DNA of 64,000 nt from IMG/VR virus record IMGVR_UViG_3300042935_001404, one strand, 5' to 3'. The DNA comes from a virus (lineage: Duplodnaviria > Caudoviricetes). This document shows positions 28,157-37,967 of this stretch, one piece after another (position 1 is the first letter of the stretch; every line of letters starts with the position of its first letter). Made by a program: the position numbers and the translations under genes. The notes under the pieces were generated by a model. That model did no database searches, was not told the DNA's origin, and worked only from the letters and a program-made list of their open reading frames with translations.

Positions 28157-30025
28157 TTAGGCTGTTTGATCTGGGTTGTTTAGAGCACGATTTCCGGCAC
28201 TAAACCCGAATCGATTTACCAGTTTAGCACGGCCTGCAGGGGTGGCCAACACCCAGCCTTCTTGTCCGGGCTGTTGACGATCTAGCTGTGCCAACATGTC
28301 TGTTTTGATATCATGCAACAACAAGAATGCAGTGAATGCCGCAGTGATACCTGCCATGTTTGTGCGTGGGCTTTGCAGGTATTCCACAATGTTATTGAAC
28401 TTGCGTGGTGTTACATTGGTTTTTAGCCAGTCTCCAAATCCGTGCAACAAGTTGTCGTAGTTGCTGGTGATTCTAGAATTGATGTAGCGTTTGCACAACT
28501 GTGGCAAATCAGTAATGCCGGCAGCACGTAGATCAGCAGGATTAAACAAACTGTCAATGGCAGCACCTTGTGTAGACACAATCTGACTCAACTGTTTAAC
28601 TAGGCCACTGTTTAACTCAACGTTGCGAATGTCTTTGACACTGGGCTCAATCAGCAACAGTCCAGGAACTTCATTCAGTGTGACCTGCTTGATTGCTTCA
28701 GGAGCGGCATCAACATCACGATAACGTGTGTGTACAGCAACACCTACTTCGCTGTTGCCAATGCGCTGTCCTAGCTTACTGCTGGCTGGAATCTTGTATT
28801 CAACAAAGTTTGGACGGAACACATAAGCGCCGGCCTGTTCAGGAGGTGTGTTGGTATACAGTAAATCGCCCTGTACAAATCCACGCATGCTGTCAGGCAC
28901 GGCAGCACGTAGCAAGGGAAACAACTTTTGATAAAGCCCAATCAACTCTGTACGATCTCCAGAACGCATGGCCATCATTCTAGCAATATGCTCCGGCGAT
29001 GTTGCCAAGCCGTCATAGCCTTTGGCACCAAATCCGCTTTTGTCTGTGAGCACAAACGTGCCATCTGGCTTGCGGCCAAATATGATAGCAGGCTTGCCAT
29101 CCCATTTGACTGTGGTTGTGCCACGTGTGTCTTCTGCGGCGTGGCGCATGATTTCAACTGCATCGCGAATGCCACGTGTGCCTTTTTCAAACACTAGATC
29201 TTCTAGGTGTTCGATACGTGCATCCTTAGCACCTTCCACAATCACTGCCATACCTTGATTCACAATGCGATCACGCAGTCTGCCCAAGAAGTTTACTTCG
29301 TTGTATTCTTTGTATACGGGCTCTTCGCTTTCCATAAATGGTACACCAATTTTGGCAAAGTGTTCACGTGCATCTGCCAGCTTGGCATCACGCTTGGGAT
29401 CACCTTCCAGTGCGGCCACAATGGTTTCTACACTGTGTAGATCTTTGCTGGTTGCTTGTTTATTCAACAACAGTCGGGCAATTTTATCTGGATCATCGCT
29501 GATAACCTTGTTGGTAGCGCGGTCAGCAATGCCTGCATTTTGATTCAACTTGTAACCCATGCTCTTGGCAATGCTGTTCATCAGCACGTTACGTGCCGAT
29601 CCACTGTAGTTGCTGTCAGGTGCCGCACTTAGCACAAACTTTGAAAATGGCACATTGGTCAAGAACATAAAGTCAGACTGCACATAACCTGAATTGGGAT
29701 TGCCTTTGATAGGTGTTTTAAAGTGTACACTGATGCCAGACTTTTTGATGTAGTCTTCCGGTTTGAAACCATGGCTTTGACACCATTGTGTTAGTCGTGC
29801 AACCAATTGTTCTTTGCTGACTTGATTGGCATCCACTGCCAGATCCAAATCGCCTGACGTGGGTTTTCTACCTGTGGAGCCCAGTGTGTTGTTTTGCAAA
29901 TCCAGTCCCGGTAACATTAGATCAAGCCAGGCCAAGGTGGGAGCAACGTCTGCTTGGTTAATGCGCTGTGTTAGTATGCGGCCACTTGCGTCTTTAAAAA
30001 CATTGCCGCCTTCTTTTAATATCAT
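28157..30025 (-). CDS. Fusion of Pol-beta-type nucleotidyltransferase and ATP-dependent ligase-fold domain
   Basis: N-term LGSTGRKPTSGDLDLAVD and VQSDFMF; C-term VKWDG (motif I), VQGDLLY (III), QEGWV (IV), AKLVNR (V). Confidence 0.75.
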   Translation of the reverse strand: MILKEGGNVFKDASGRILTQRINQADVAPTLAWLDLMLPGLDLQNNTLGSTGRKPTSGDLDLAVDANQVSKEQLVARLTQWCQSHGFKPEDYIKKSGISVHFKTPIKGNPNSGYVQSDFMFLTNVPFSKFVLSAAPDSNYSGSARNVLMNSIAKSMGYKLNQNAGIADRATNKVISDDPDKIARLLLNKQATSKDLHSVETIVAALEGDPKRDAKLADAREHFAKIGVPFMESEEPVYKEYNEVNFLGRLRDRIVNQGMAVIVEGAKDARIEHLEDLVFEKGTRGIRDAVEIMRHAAEDTRGTTTVKWDGKPAIIFGRKPDGTFVLTDKSGFGAKGYDGLATSPEHIARMMAMRSGDRTELIGLYQKLFPLLRAAVPDSMRGFVQGDLLYTNTPPEQAGAYVFRPNFVEYKIPASSKLGQRIGNSEVGVAVHTRYRDVDAAPEAIKQVTLNEVPGLLLIEPSVKDIRNVELNSGLVKQLSQIVSTQGAAIDSLFNPADLRAAGITDLPQLCKRYINSRITSNYDNLLHGFGDWLKTNVTPRKFNNIVEYLQSPRTNMAGITAAFTAFLLLHDIKTDMLAQLDRQQPGQEGWVLATPAGRAKLVNRFGFSAGNRALNNPDQTA

Positions 30026-31470
30026 GGTATTGTGTACCCCATACCTTCTAGCATGGTGTCAATTACTGAATCACCTGTGGTAGATAGTTGTTTGTTGCCA
30101 GTTGCAGTCTGAATTGCTTGTCCTGCACTACCCAATACCTGGGCAGTTAGCCCGGACTTGTTTAGCAATGCCACTGCATTGGATCCCATCAATTGACCCG
30201 TGGCCGGTGCAGTACCAGCGGCGGTGCCAGCGGCTCCAGGTTGCCCTGTTTTTCCAGTTTGTCCGGCCGGTGCTGGTTGCTGTCCATATGCAGGCGCTTC
30301 CGGTGATGCGGCTTTCACAGTATTTTGTGATGCCACCAGTTGCAGTGCGGCCATGGCAGTTAAAATATAACTTTTAACTGCTTCTTTAGTTTTTGCAGGA
30401 TCGCCCTGGGCACCGATAACTTCTTGTTTGGCTGCGTCCAACTCTGCCTTTAAATCAGAGTTTTCGGCGGCTGTTAATCCCAGCATTTTGTATGTGGCCG
30501 AATCGCGCATGGCAATTTTTTCATTTGCCCACTTTAAAAAGTCTGTGGCATACGCAGATGAGGGCGCTGCCGCTGCTTTATACCCTATAGGATTTGTTGG
30601 AGTTGGGTTGGTTCCTGCTCCAGGTACCTGGAATGGTTTCAATGGCATTGCTGTGCCTGTTGATTTTGCAGGTGCCGTTGTAGTTGTTGCAGTTTGACCG
30701 GGTTTTGTTACGGCTGGGTTAGGATTGGTTCCTGCTCCAGGTACCTGGTACGGCGCAGTTGGCATTGCTGTGCCTGTTGATTTTGCAGGTGCTGCCGGCT
30801 GTTGTGCAGCCACGCCACCTCTTACCATGTCGTTTATACCTTGCCCAGCATTGGCCACAGCAGATGTTGCTGGATCATATTTTGCAAACTTGGTTGCATC
30901 ACCGCCTGTGCCACTGCCTGCACGACCTTGAACGTACCGGGTTTGATCTTTGATGTTGGGATTGTTAGGGTCGGCCTTGTTTACCTGACTGCCTGTGACA
31001 GGAGGCGTTTGTGCGGCCGCAGTGGTATTGGCCACACCGGGCATTTTTGCCACGTTGTTGTAATTAAATCTTTGTGCGTTAACAGTTGCAGGCGCTTTGG
31101 GCTGTTGTGCGGCCAGTGACATGTACGGATTAGGCCGACCGGTTTGTTTTTCTAATTCCTGTTGCGTAGATACCGCTGTGTCTTCTGGAACTGGTTGTGC
31201 TTGTTTTTTTACCCATTCATCAGCATACGTTGTTGCCAGTTTGACCATTTGTGAATTTGCCTTCACAGCGGCTAATTTTTTTACAGGATCAAGGATACCT
31301 GAACTTGATGCCCTGAAGTTTTGTGTTGTTCCTGTCCCAGGAGATACAGATTGTGCAACCGCAGTTTTGGTTGCGTCGTAAGCACCTTTAGCCACATTAC
31401 CAACGCCTTTTACCACGTCCATAATGCCTTCGTCAGTGCGACGTGAACGATTTAACTCATGAATTTGCAT
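30022..31470 (-). CDS. Low-complexity A/P/T/G-rich late protein with internal duplication
   Basis: MQIHELN N-terminus; repeat PAKSTGTAMP...QVPGAGTNP twice. Confidence 0.7.
   Translation of the reverse strand: MQIHELNRSRRTDEGIMDVVKGVGNVAKGAYDATKTAVAQSVSPGTGTTQNFRASSSGILDPVKKLAAVKANSQMVKLATTYADEWVKKQAQPVPEDTAVSTQQELEKQTGRPNPYMSLAAQQPKAPATVNAQRFNYNNVAKMPGVANTTAAAQTPPVTGSQVNKADPNNPNIKDQTRYVQGRAGSGTGGDATKFAKYDPATSAVANAGQGINDMVRGGVAAQQPAAPAKSTGTAMPTAPYQVPGAGTNPNPAVTKPGQTATTTTAPAKSTGTAMPLKPFQVPGAGTNPTPTNPIGYKAAAAPSSAYATDFLKWANEKIAMRDSATYKMLGLTAAENSDLKAELDAAKQEVIGAQGDPAKTKEAVKSYILTAMAALQLVASQNTVKAASPEAPAYGQQPAPAGQTGKTGQPGAAGTAAGTAPATGQLMGSNAVALLNKSGLTAQVLGSAGQAIQTATGNKQLSTTGDSVIDTMLEGMGYTIP
30608..30792. 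repeat. 68-bp imperfect direct repeat, period 117 bp (39 codons)
   Basis: 30608-30675 and 30725-30792 share ttggttcctgctccaggtacctgg and ggcattgctgtgcctgttgattttgcaggtgc. Confidence 0.9.
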
Positions 31471-31705
31471 CAGTTTTTCTCACGGTTCTTGTAAATTTGC
31501 CGGGGTCGCGCAGGTTGATGGCATTGATCAACTTGCGTTGCAAATTTTTAGCTGCCTCGGGCTCATAACTGGAGTCAATCTGCTCTAGTAGGCGTATAGC
31601 ACTGGCAATGATGTTACCAGCACGATTTTCGATAACATAGCGGGAGTCACGCTCCACATACATGCTGTCTAATTCTTCTAATAAACTACGAGTTTTCTTC
31701 TGCAT
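31457..31705 (-). CDS. Conserved late protein
   Basis: MQKKTRSLLEEL...KFTR; late promoter 31728-31735. Confidence 0.7.
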   Translation of the reverse strand: MQKKTRSLLEELDSMYVERDSRYVIENRAGNIIASAIRLLEQIDSSYEPEAAKNLQRKLINAINLRDPGKFTRTVRKTDANS

Positions 31706-31744
31706 TTTGGTCCCAAACCCTTTGTGTTATTTATTGTTTTTTAG

Positions 31745-32524
31745 TTACAATGTAGATAACAAAGATTCCCAGAGTGCATCACGATCCCAATAAAAAGGAG
31801 TCCACTCGGTATCAGATATTAATTTTTTTAATTTAGATACTCGTTGAGCGTCCCAGGTAAGTGGTAATTTATGTAATAGACATTCAATTATCCAATCGAG
31901 TTGAACATTAGGCGAAGGTTGCACTTCATTTTGCCGGATGTTTTTATATTTTGATTGGAAACTATATTCGTTCATTCCTTGCCAAGTATTGTGCCAGCTC
32001 CAGTTTGCACTCAATAGCGAATTTTTTTGTGACTCTGTCAAATAGTTAACGGCGTATGTGGACATGTAATGGTACTGAATTTTATTATTTGTAAAGTAAT
32101 TTTTTAATAACAGCATGTAATTATAAGTTCTTAGATTAGCTTGACTATTTTCTATATAAAAATTGTGATAACGCAAAACTTCATCTTGCTGACTAGCACT
32201 GCTTAACCACCAGTTGTTGTTGTCTACCTTGACAATATTTTTTGAATAAACAGGATCTGTGTTAATAACACTGTCCCATTTGTGTGTGTTAATTAGTTTG
32301 TCGTATCGAGCGGGTTGTGCCCACTGAACAATGTAAATTCCGCCTGCGTCCACTGTTGCATTAGATAAAACTGCATTAACTAAAAACTCATTGCCGGCAC
32401 CAATGCCCGAGATATTGACTACTTCAACCTCGGGGTATATGGCCTGTAACAGTTGAGGCCATTCAGGCCATATGTGCCCTACTGCAAATCCATCACCAGC
32501 AGTGTAAATTCTTTTTATATCCAT
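31745..32524 (-). CDS. SGNH/GDSL-like protein
   Basis: YTAGDGFAVG block-I-like motif, NISGIGAGN, QWAQPARYD, terminal QPSPNVQ. Confidence 0.5.
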   Translation of the reverse strand: MDIKRIYTAGDGFAVGHIWPEWPQLLQAIYPEVEVVNISGIGAGNEFLVNAVLSNATVDAGGIYIVQWAQPARYDKLINTHKWDSVINTDPVYSKNIVKVDNNNWWLSSASQQDEVLRYHNFYIENSQANLRTYNYMLLLKNYFTNNKIQYHYMSTYAVNYLTESQKNSLLSANWSWHNTWQGMNEYSFQSKYKNIRQNEVQPSPNVQLDWIIECLLHKLPLTWDAQRVSKLKKLISDTEWTPFYWDRDALWESLLSTL

Positions 32525-33267
32525 AGATCATTGTCTAGATTCAGCAGGTCTATACCATACTGATGTTGTATCATTCCACACATAATTCCAAAATCTATAT
32601 TGTCAAAATATTCTGGTATAGTTGTGGTTGTTTTGTTTACCACAGCGTCGCATATTTTTTGATACTGGGCCACACGATCAATTATTGGACGTTGTGCGGT
32701 AATAAAATGTTTCCAAATCGACTCTGAATTTTTACCATCAATTCCGGGCATGGTGGCCATCAACTTGATAAAAGAATCAAGTTGATAAAAATCAGGAAAA
32801 TTAACATTTAATCCCGACATGTCAGATGGCAAATGTTCAATAGTTCTAAGAATAGCATGTTGATAGATATAAAAAAATTCTTCTCGCAGACTATTATTAC
32901 TTGTGGGAAATTTTTCCTTTGCACTAGTAATAAATTTTTGTTCTGTAGTTTTATCGGACTGTATGGCCTTGCGATAAAAATTGTTTAGATAAATTTCCCA
33001 ATGCCCATTAACTAAGATATTTACAACCAGGCGATCTTGAAATTTTTTTGTTAAATCCCGGTTATCAAAATTATGTAAGCATATTACTGGACTGTCAGTA
33101 TCGTCGGCTCCGGTATACAGATCTATGTTGTTGGTTTGCGAAGAATAATTTTTTGTTAATCCATGATAACTGCCAGTGGTGTGAACAGAAAAATCATATT
33201 CGTCGGCCAGTATTCTTGCCAAGAAATGTCCCAATGCTCCGGGCGGCGCAGTTATAATGTATTTCAT
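32515..33267 (-). CDS. P-loop sulfotransferase-like protein
   Basis: MKYIITAPPGALGHFLARIL N-terminus resembles a PAPS-binding loop; paralogous start to 42619-43455. Confidence 0.4.
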   Translation of the reverse strand: MKYIITAPPGALGHFLARILADEYDFSVHTTGSYHGLTKNYSSQTNNIDLYTGADDTDSPVICLHNFDNRDLTKKFQDRLVVNILVNGHWEIYLNNFYRKAIQSDKTTEQKFITSAKEKFPTSNNSLREEFFYIYQHAILRTIEHLPSDMSGLNVNFPDFYQLDSFIKLMATMPGIDGKNSESIWKHFITAQRPIIDRVAQYQKICDAVVNKTTTTIPEYFDNIDFGIMCGMIQHQYGIDLLNLDNDLWI

Positions 33268-34355
33268 TATTCTACCTCTAAATCTGGAAATGCTGTTTTC
33301 CAACTATTATTACGGCGGCTATCCCAGGTATTAATAAAATCTTTCCATGGCTCTGATTCTGACAGAGTTGGTGCCAACGGCAGGTTGGCCACTAGTTTAT
33401 ATATTGCATGATCGGTTGAATATTTTTTCAGCACTGCTGATCTAATATACATTGGCATGTTGTTTAAATCCCAAGGCCCCCAACACGGATGAATGTTAAT
33501 TTCTGTTGGGTCTCCAAATGCATTGGTGTTTAAGTTGCTTTTTACCCAAGTCTCAAGTCGATCATAATAGTAGGTGTTAAGAACATTGGCTGTGAATTCC
33601 ACTCTGAACATTAAATTCCATATGTCTTTATTTTCTTTAAGACGTATCAAATTTTTACTGACCTTGCTCCAAGGCAGTGGCCATCGAACATAATCAAATT
33701 GTTCTTCTATTCCATCTAAACTCGCAGCAAAAATTATTGTTTTAAATTTTTTCCATTCCAGTAATGTTTGCTCTGAAGGATATATAGATCCATTGGTGGT
33801 GTAGTGTAGTGTTACGTTTTCTGGATGAGGAATATGTTTTATAAAAGCCAAATGAGTATCTGTAAACAGTGGTTCGCCGCCGAAAAACTTAACGTATTTT
33901 AGTTTTTTTAAAGACACAGTGTCAACCAGTTGATTGATTGAGTTGATAATGAAATCATTGTCCCTGTTGATTGTTATTTTTTTGTTGCGTAACTTTGCCT
34001 GTTCTTTTTCCCATAAAGAGCTACTATGAGAATTGCAAATTATACAGGCTGCATTGCATTCATTGTCAAAATTAATGTCTACGGCCACTGGATCTGTAGA
34101 TGTTTCGTCGTCTGGCACCCAGTCGGAACCGGTTTGTCGTAAACTTTGCTGACCGAAATCTTCCAGTGTTTTGCACTTTGCACAATTACTAGTCCAGTGA
34201 TCAATTGACTCAAAGTTAAGTTTACGATTTTGTGACAGTTGAGAATTCAAAGGTATTGCTGTGGCAAACAAGCAACAAGGTCTTACACTGATACCCGAGT
34301 TTTTATCTAATTTAAATGAATACCCATTGGACAGATATCTACAAAAGCTATTCAT
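33267..34355 (-). CDS. Radical SAM protein with N-terminal SPASM/twitch-like Cys cluster
   Basis: FCRYL, RPCC, CAKC; CNAACIIC (CxxxCxxC); FFGGEP, YTTNGS; same architecture as 21749-23029. Confidence 0.88.
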   Translation of the reverse strand: MNSFCRYLSNGYSFKLDKNSGISVRPCCLFATAIPLNSQLSQNRKLNFESIDHWTSNCAKCKTLEDFGQQSLRQTGSDWVPDDETSTDPVAVDINFDNECNAACIICNSHSSSLWEKEQAKLRNKKITINRDNDFIINSINQLVDTVSLKKLKYVKFFGGEPLFTDTHLAFIKHIPHPENVTLHYTTNGSIYPSEQTLLEWKKFKTIIFAASLDGIEEQFDYVRWPLPWSKVSKNLIRLKENKDIWNLMFRVEFTANVLNTYYYDRLETWVKSNLNTNAFGDPTEINIHPCWGPWDLNNMPMYIRSAVLKKYSTDHAIYKLVANLPLAPTLSESEPWKDFINTWDSRRNNSWKTAFPDLEVE

Positions 34356-35797
34356 GAATGTTTAATTTGCCCAAGCAACTGCTTTAGTTTGACACTTTGT
34401 ACATCGCCAGTCACTTTGGCTGGCTGTTCCCACGCCGGAGTTCCTGTTGGTTTTTCCCACTTTGTAGATGTACTGCCCGTTGGTTCGGTGTCAGCAGCCT
34501 TGAGTTGACTTTTTGCTTTGATTGAGTCCATAAGTGAACTTTGGGGTCGGTTGTACCCGGTTCCTTCGTCCCCGCCTTCATCAGTAATGCGCATAGTTTC
34601 AATGTTATACTCCAAATCAATTTTTTGACCAACGCCGGTCGAGCTTCGAGATTTCATACACTGGATCTGATACTTGCCACGCTCTTTCATAGCACGTGAA
34701 GTAAAGATACCAAACACATTGTCTGCTGTGTTAATTTTACTGATACCACCTGAAATATGACTGTGGTCAAATTCAATTTCTTCCACAGCCGATCGATTCA
34801 ACTGCGAAGCTGTGACCATTAGCACACCTAGCTCTTTGGCCAAGTTGCGTAGTTCTTCTGAAACATACTTGTCTTTGACAAACAAGTCATTGGGGCTGAC
34901 CTTAGCACTCACAGGCATCAGCAAGTCCAAGTAGTCAATCATCATAAAGTCCACACGAATTCCGGTTTGGATCTGTACTTCTTTGATGTAACTGCGGATG
35001 TCATTAATGTTGCTTTGTGCTGGTAATGCCTTTACACGATACTGCCCAGACTTTTTGGCCACAAGTTTTACCTTAAGTTCTGTTGTGTCTATATCCTTAC
35101 GAATGTCCTTTGTTGACATGTTGGTCAACATGGCATCTGTACGCAAACTAGTAAGTTCTTCACTGAGTTCTAGTGTAACGTACACACCACTAAGTCCTTG
35201 TTGTAGCCAGTTCAACGCAATGTTCATCATGACCAGACTCTTGCCCGAACCAGATCCACCGGCAAAGATGTTCAGTTCACCACGACTGAATCCACCATAC
35301 AACAACTTGTCTAGTTGTGGCCAACCAGTGCTCACTTGGCCGCCTGAGTTGAAGTACCGGTTAATACGACTCGCAGGATCAGCAAAGTAATCTGTGCCCA
35401 TGTCTTTTGTAAGAGAAATTTGAACTGCATCTTTGATCAGTTTCTCAACCGGCTCAAACTCGCCTTTTTCTAATAGATCTGCTGACTTTAAAATAGCACG
35501 TTCAAGTTCTTGACGCTTGGTAAAACTCTCAAACTCAGTCATGAACCAGTCAAAGTGTCCTTCATTTAAGTCCGGCACCGGTTGTAGTTTTATTCCGGTA
35601 GTTGCACTAATCTGCATCTTGTCCGGCATAGTTTTATGCTTGTCCGTGTGCTCTTTAATGAACTCAGCCGCTGGACGCAGACTTTTGTCAAAGTTCTGTG
35701 GATTATAAATGTTCTGAACACGCACATAACTGCTGGCGTCTTCCAACATCATTTCTAAAAATAATCGTTGGACTTCAAGTCCGTAATCTTTTAACAA
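34352..35797 (-). CDS. Replicative DnaB-like helicase (T4 gp41)
   Basis: AGGSGSGKS, VTLELSE, IDYLDL, TASQLNR, MKSRSS. Confidence 0.95.
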   Translation of the reverse strand: MLKDYGLEVQRLFLEMMLEDASSYVRVQNIYNPQNFDKSLRPAAEFIKEHTDKHKTMPDKMQISATTGIKLQPVPDLNEGHFDWFMTEFESFTKRQELERAILKSADLLEKGEFEPVEKLIKDAVQISLTKDMGTDYFADPASRINRYFNSGGQVSTGWPQLDKLLYGGFSRGELNIFAGGSGSGKSLVMMNIALNWLQQGLSGVYVTLELSEELTSLRTDAMLTNMSTKDIRKDIDTTELKVKLVAKKSGQYRVKALPAQSNINDIRSYIKEVQIQTGIRVDFMMIDYLDLLMPVSAKVSPNDLFVKDKYVSEELRNLAKELGVLMVTASQLNRSAVEEIEFDHSHISGGISKINTADNVFGIFTSRAMKERGKYQIQCMKSRSSTGVGQKIDLEYNIETMRITDEGGDEGTGYNRPQSSLMDSIKAKSQLKAADTEPTGSTSTKWEKPTGTPAWEQPAKVTGDVQSVKLKQLLGQIKHS

Positions 35798-36743
35798 GTT
35801 GCTTCTTCCTTAGTTCTATTTTAATTCGACTGCTCTCACTCGATTGCATTATAGTTAGCAGTGTTGTTAACTTGCCCCAGAGTTTCACAGCATCGTTGAT
35901 ATCTTTAACGCCTGCTGGCCAGTCTGGAATACTCACACTCCATCCTAGTTCCACAGCACGGTCAATTAATTCTACGCCTGCAGTATCTTGGTCCGGCACC
36001 ACAACAACATTGCGTCCTAGACTGCGTATTAGTCTTGCTTGATCATCACTTACTTCGTTGTGCATCACAGCCATGCCACTGATACAGAGTGCATCAAAGA
36101 TACCTTCTGTCACAATCACATGTTGCCATCCTGCTTGTTGTAGATCTACACCAAACACATAGCCTTTCTGCATGTCATTAATGTAACGTGGATTACGATC
36201 GTCTAAGAAACGTACGGTGCTGCCTACCACTTGATTGTTGTATGTAAATGGAACAACTACTCCTGCTCGTGTTGTGGCAGCTACCATTATGGGATAGTCG
36301 TTGGGTACATGCCGGCTGCGCAGATATGCCCATTGATCAGGCGTCGCTGGTGTTACAAAATCTACAAATTCTGGCAACTCTGTTTCCGTAAATTCAATAG
36401 GCGCTGTGTTGTTCCACACACGCTGACGATCTTCTATCATGCCTTCCATACTGCGATGGCGCATACTTTCAAGATTGATCTGATTGATATCGTTTTCAGG
36501 AACGCCTATCCATTCTAGCAAACGTCGTGCTTTGAATCCGATATTGCGTCCAAGAATAAAACTTGCAGTATAGCCACAGTTAAAACAATGATAACTCCAG
36601 CCCTGTTCAGACAGTTTGATACCACCACGTCCACGACGATCAGGTGTGTTGCCAGTGTGTACGCAACAAGGTGCGTTGAAGGAAATCCACCCAGAACTAG
36701 ACTGTTTTCTTTTGCCTGGTAAAAATGCCAACACGTCAATCAT
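35775..36743 (-). CDS. DNA primase (T4 gp61-like)
   Basis: Zn-binding NAPCC...YHCFNC, TOPRIM VTEGIFDA, VVPDQD, KDIND. Confidence 0.92.
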   Translation of the reverse strand: MIDVLAFLPGKRKQSSSGWISFNAPCCVHTGNTPDRRGRGGIKLSEQGWSYHCFNCGYTASFILGRNIGFKARRLLEWIGVPENDINQINLESMRHRSMEGMIEDRQRVWNNTAPIEFTETELPEFVDFVTPATPDQWAYLRSRHVPNDYPIMVAATTRAGVVVPFTYNNQVVGSTVRFLDDRNPRYINDMQKGYVFGVDLQQAGWQHVIVTEGIFDALCISGMAVMHNEVSDDQARLIRSLGRNVVVVPDQDTAGVELIDRAVELGWSVSIPDWPAGVKDINDAVKLWGKLTTLLTIMQSSESSRIKIELRKKQLVKRLRT

Positions 36744-36749
36744 GCTACT

Positions 36750-36778
36750 ATTGTAACACTTTTTTTAAGACAATGCAA
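36750..36778 (-). promoter_or_regulatory. sigma70-type promoter for primase-helicase operon
   Basis: TTGCAT-17 bp-TACAAT. Confidence 0.65.
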
Positions 36779-36789
36779 CTTGTTTTGGC

Positions 36790-37899
36790 TTACCGGTACT
36801 TCAAGTTTACCACACGTCCTGTGGAAACAAGCACCTGCACTGACTGCATGGTAGGAGGAACAGGACGGTATCCAGAACCACCAGTGACCAGTGTAATGCC
36901 ACTGATTGAACTGCCTGATATACTAGCAGTGGCAACGGCACCGGCGCCTTCGCCTACAAACTCAATCAGGGGTGGAGCCAAATAACCAAAACCTGGGTTA
37001 GAAACAGTGACTCCTGTGACAATGCCATTGGCCACTGTGGCAGTGGCCTGACCTGGGTTGCCCATTGCTTGACCATTTGTGCCTGTTGTGTATATACTGT
37101 TGTTAAAACACAAACGCAGTATTGGATGCCATCCAATCACGTTCATGTAAATGGTTTCAGTTCTGTTTAGATACTGCGTGGATTCTGTCACATTGTACCA
37201 GATGCTTTGATAGTTCTCTGCGGCCTGGGCCTTGATTGTACCTGTGTAGCCAAGCAAGTCCATTTGTATTGTGGTTACCGCGCCAACTGGTTCAATGAAA
37301 CTGCTGTAGAATTCAGTTGGTTGGTAAGGGCTGTAGTTGTTGATTGAGCTGCCAGCATTTAGTGCCCAATCCGGGTATACACTACTGCTGGACCCACCAT
37401 AACTGACCTGAGCTGTGATTTCTGTTGTGGGAATTGTCAAATTGGCACTGGGCACGTACTGAGGATACACACTGTCTACCACATCAAGCGGAGCACGAGC
37501 ACCCGATTGTGCATCTGTGTACACTGCTTCTATTAGATTACCGCTGGCTCTCATGATGCTGTAGGCAGCGGGCTGTGCCAACACTGTGTCAAGTTCTGCT
37601 GTGGTTAGTGTTACTTTGGCGCGGCCATACTGTGCATTGATAACAACCATTTCTTTTTGAACCAATAACGCATCGCCATTCTGGCTAACCATTCTAAATG
37701 TCAGTGTGCTGCCTGTGATATTCACGGGTTTTTCGTCTTGATTGATGAACTCAAACAAGATCACATTGTCAACACCTTTGTTAATTGTTAGTTTTTTAGC
37801 ATACACAGGATTGTACCTCAAATTGAAATAAGCACCACTGGTGTCGACTACAATAACTCGAGTTACTTGTTGGTAAAGGTAAGCAGTGGTTGAATACAT
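36790..37899 (-). CDS. Virion structural protein (baseplate/BppU-like N-terminus, G-rich beta repeats)
   Basis: KGVDNVILFEFINQDEKPVNITG; repeats VTGVTVSNPGFGY / ISGITLVTGGSGY; late promoter 37907-37914. Confidence 0.7.
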   Translation of the reverse strand: MYSTTAYLYQQVTRVIVVDTSGAYFNLRYNPVYAKKLTINKGVDNVILFEFINQDEKPVNITGSTLTFRMVSQNGDALLVQKEMVVINAQYGRAKVTLTTAELDTVLAQPAAYSIMRASGNLIEAVYTDAQSGARAPLDVVDSVYPQYVPSANLTIPTTEITAQVSYGGSSSSVYPDWALNAGSSINNYSPYQPTEFYSSFIEPVGAVTTIQMDLLGYTGTIKAQAAENYQSIWYNVTESTQYLNRTETIYMNVIGWHPILRLCFNNSIYTTGTNGQAMGNPGQATATVANGIVTGVTVSNPGFGYLAPPLIEFVGEGAGAVATASISGSSISGITLVTGGSGYRPVPPTMQSVQVLVSTGRVVNLKYR

Positions 37900-37953
37900 A
37901 TGACAGTATTTAGCGACAAAAGATAACCTTTAAATTTAGCCAAAAACTCAAGG

Positions 37954-37961
37954 TATAAATA
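37954..37961 (+). promoter_or_regulatory. T4-type late promoter TATAAATA (divergent from GCTAAATA at 37907-37914)
   Basis: Exact consensus 6 bp before ATG 37968. Confidence 0.75.
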
Positions 37962-37967
37962 CCACCG

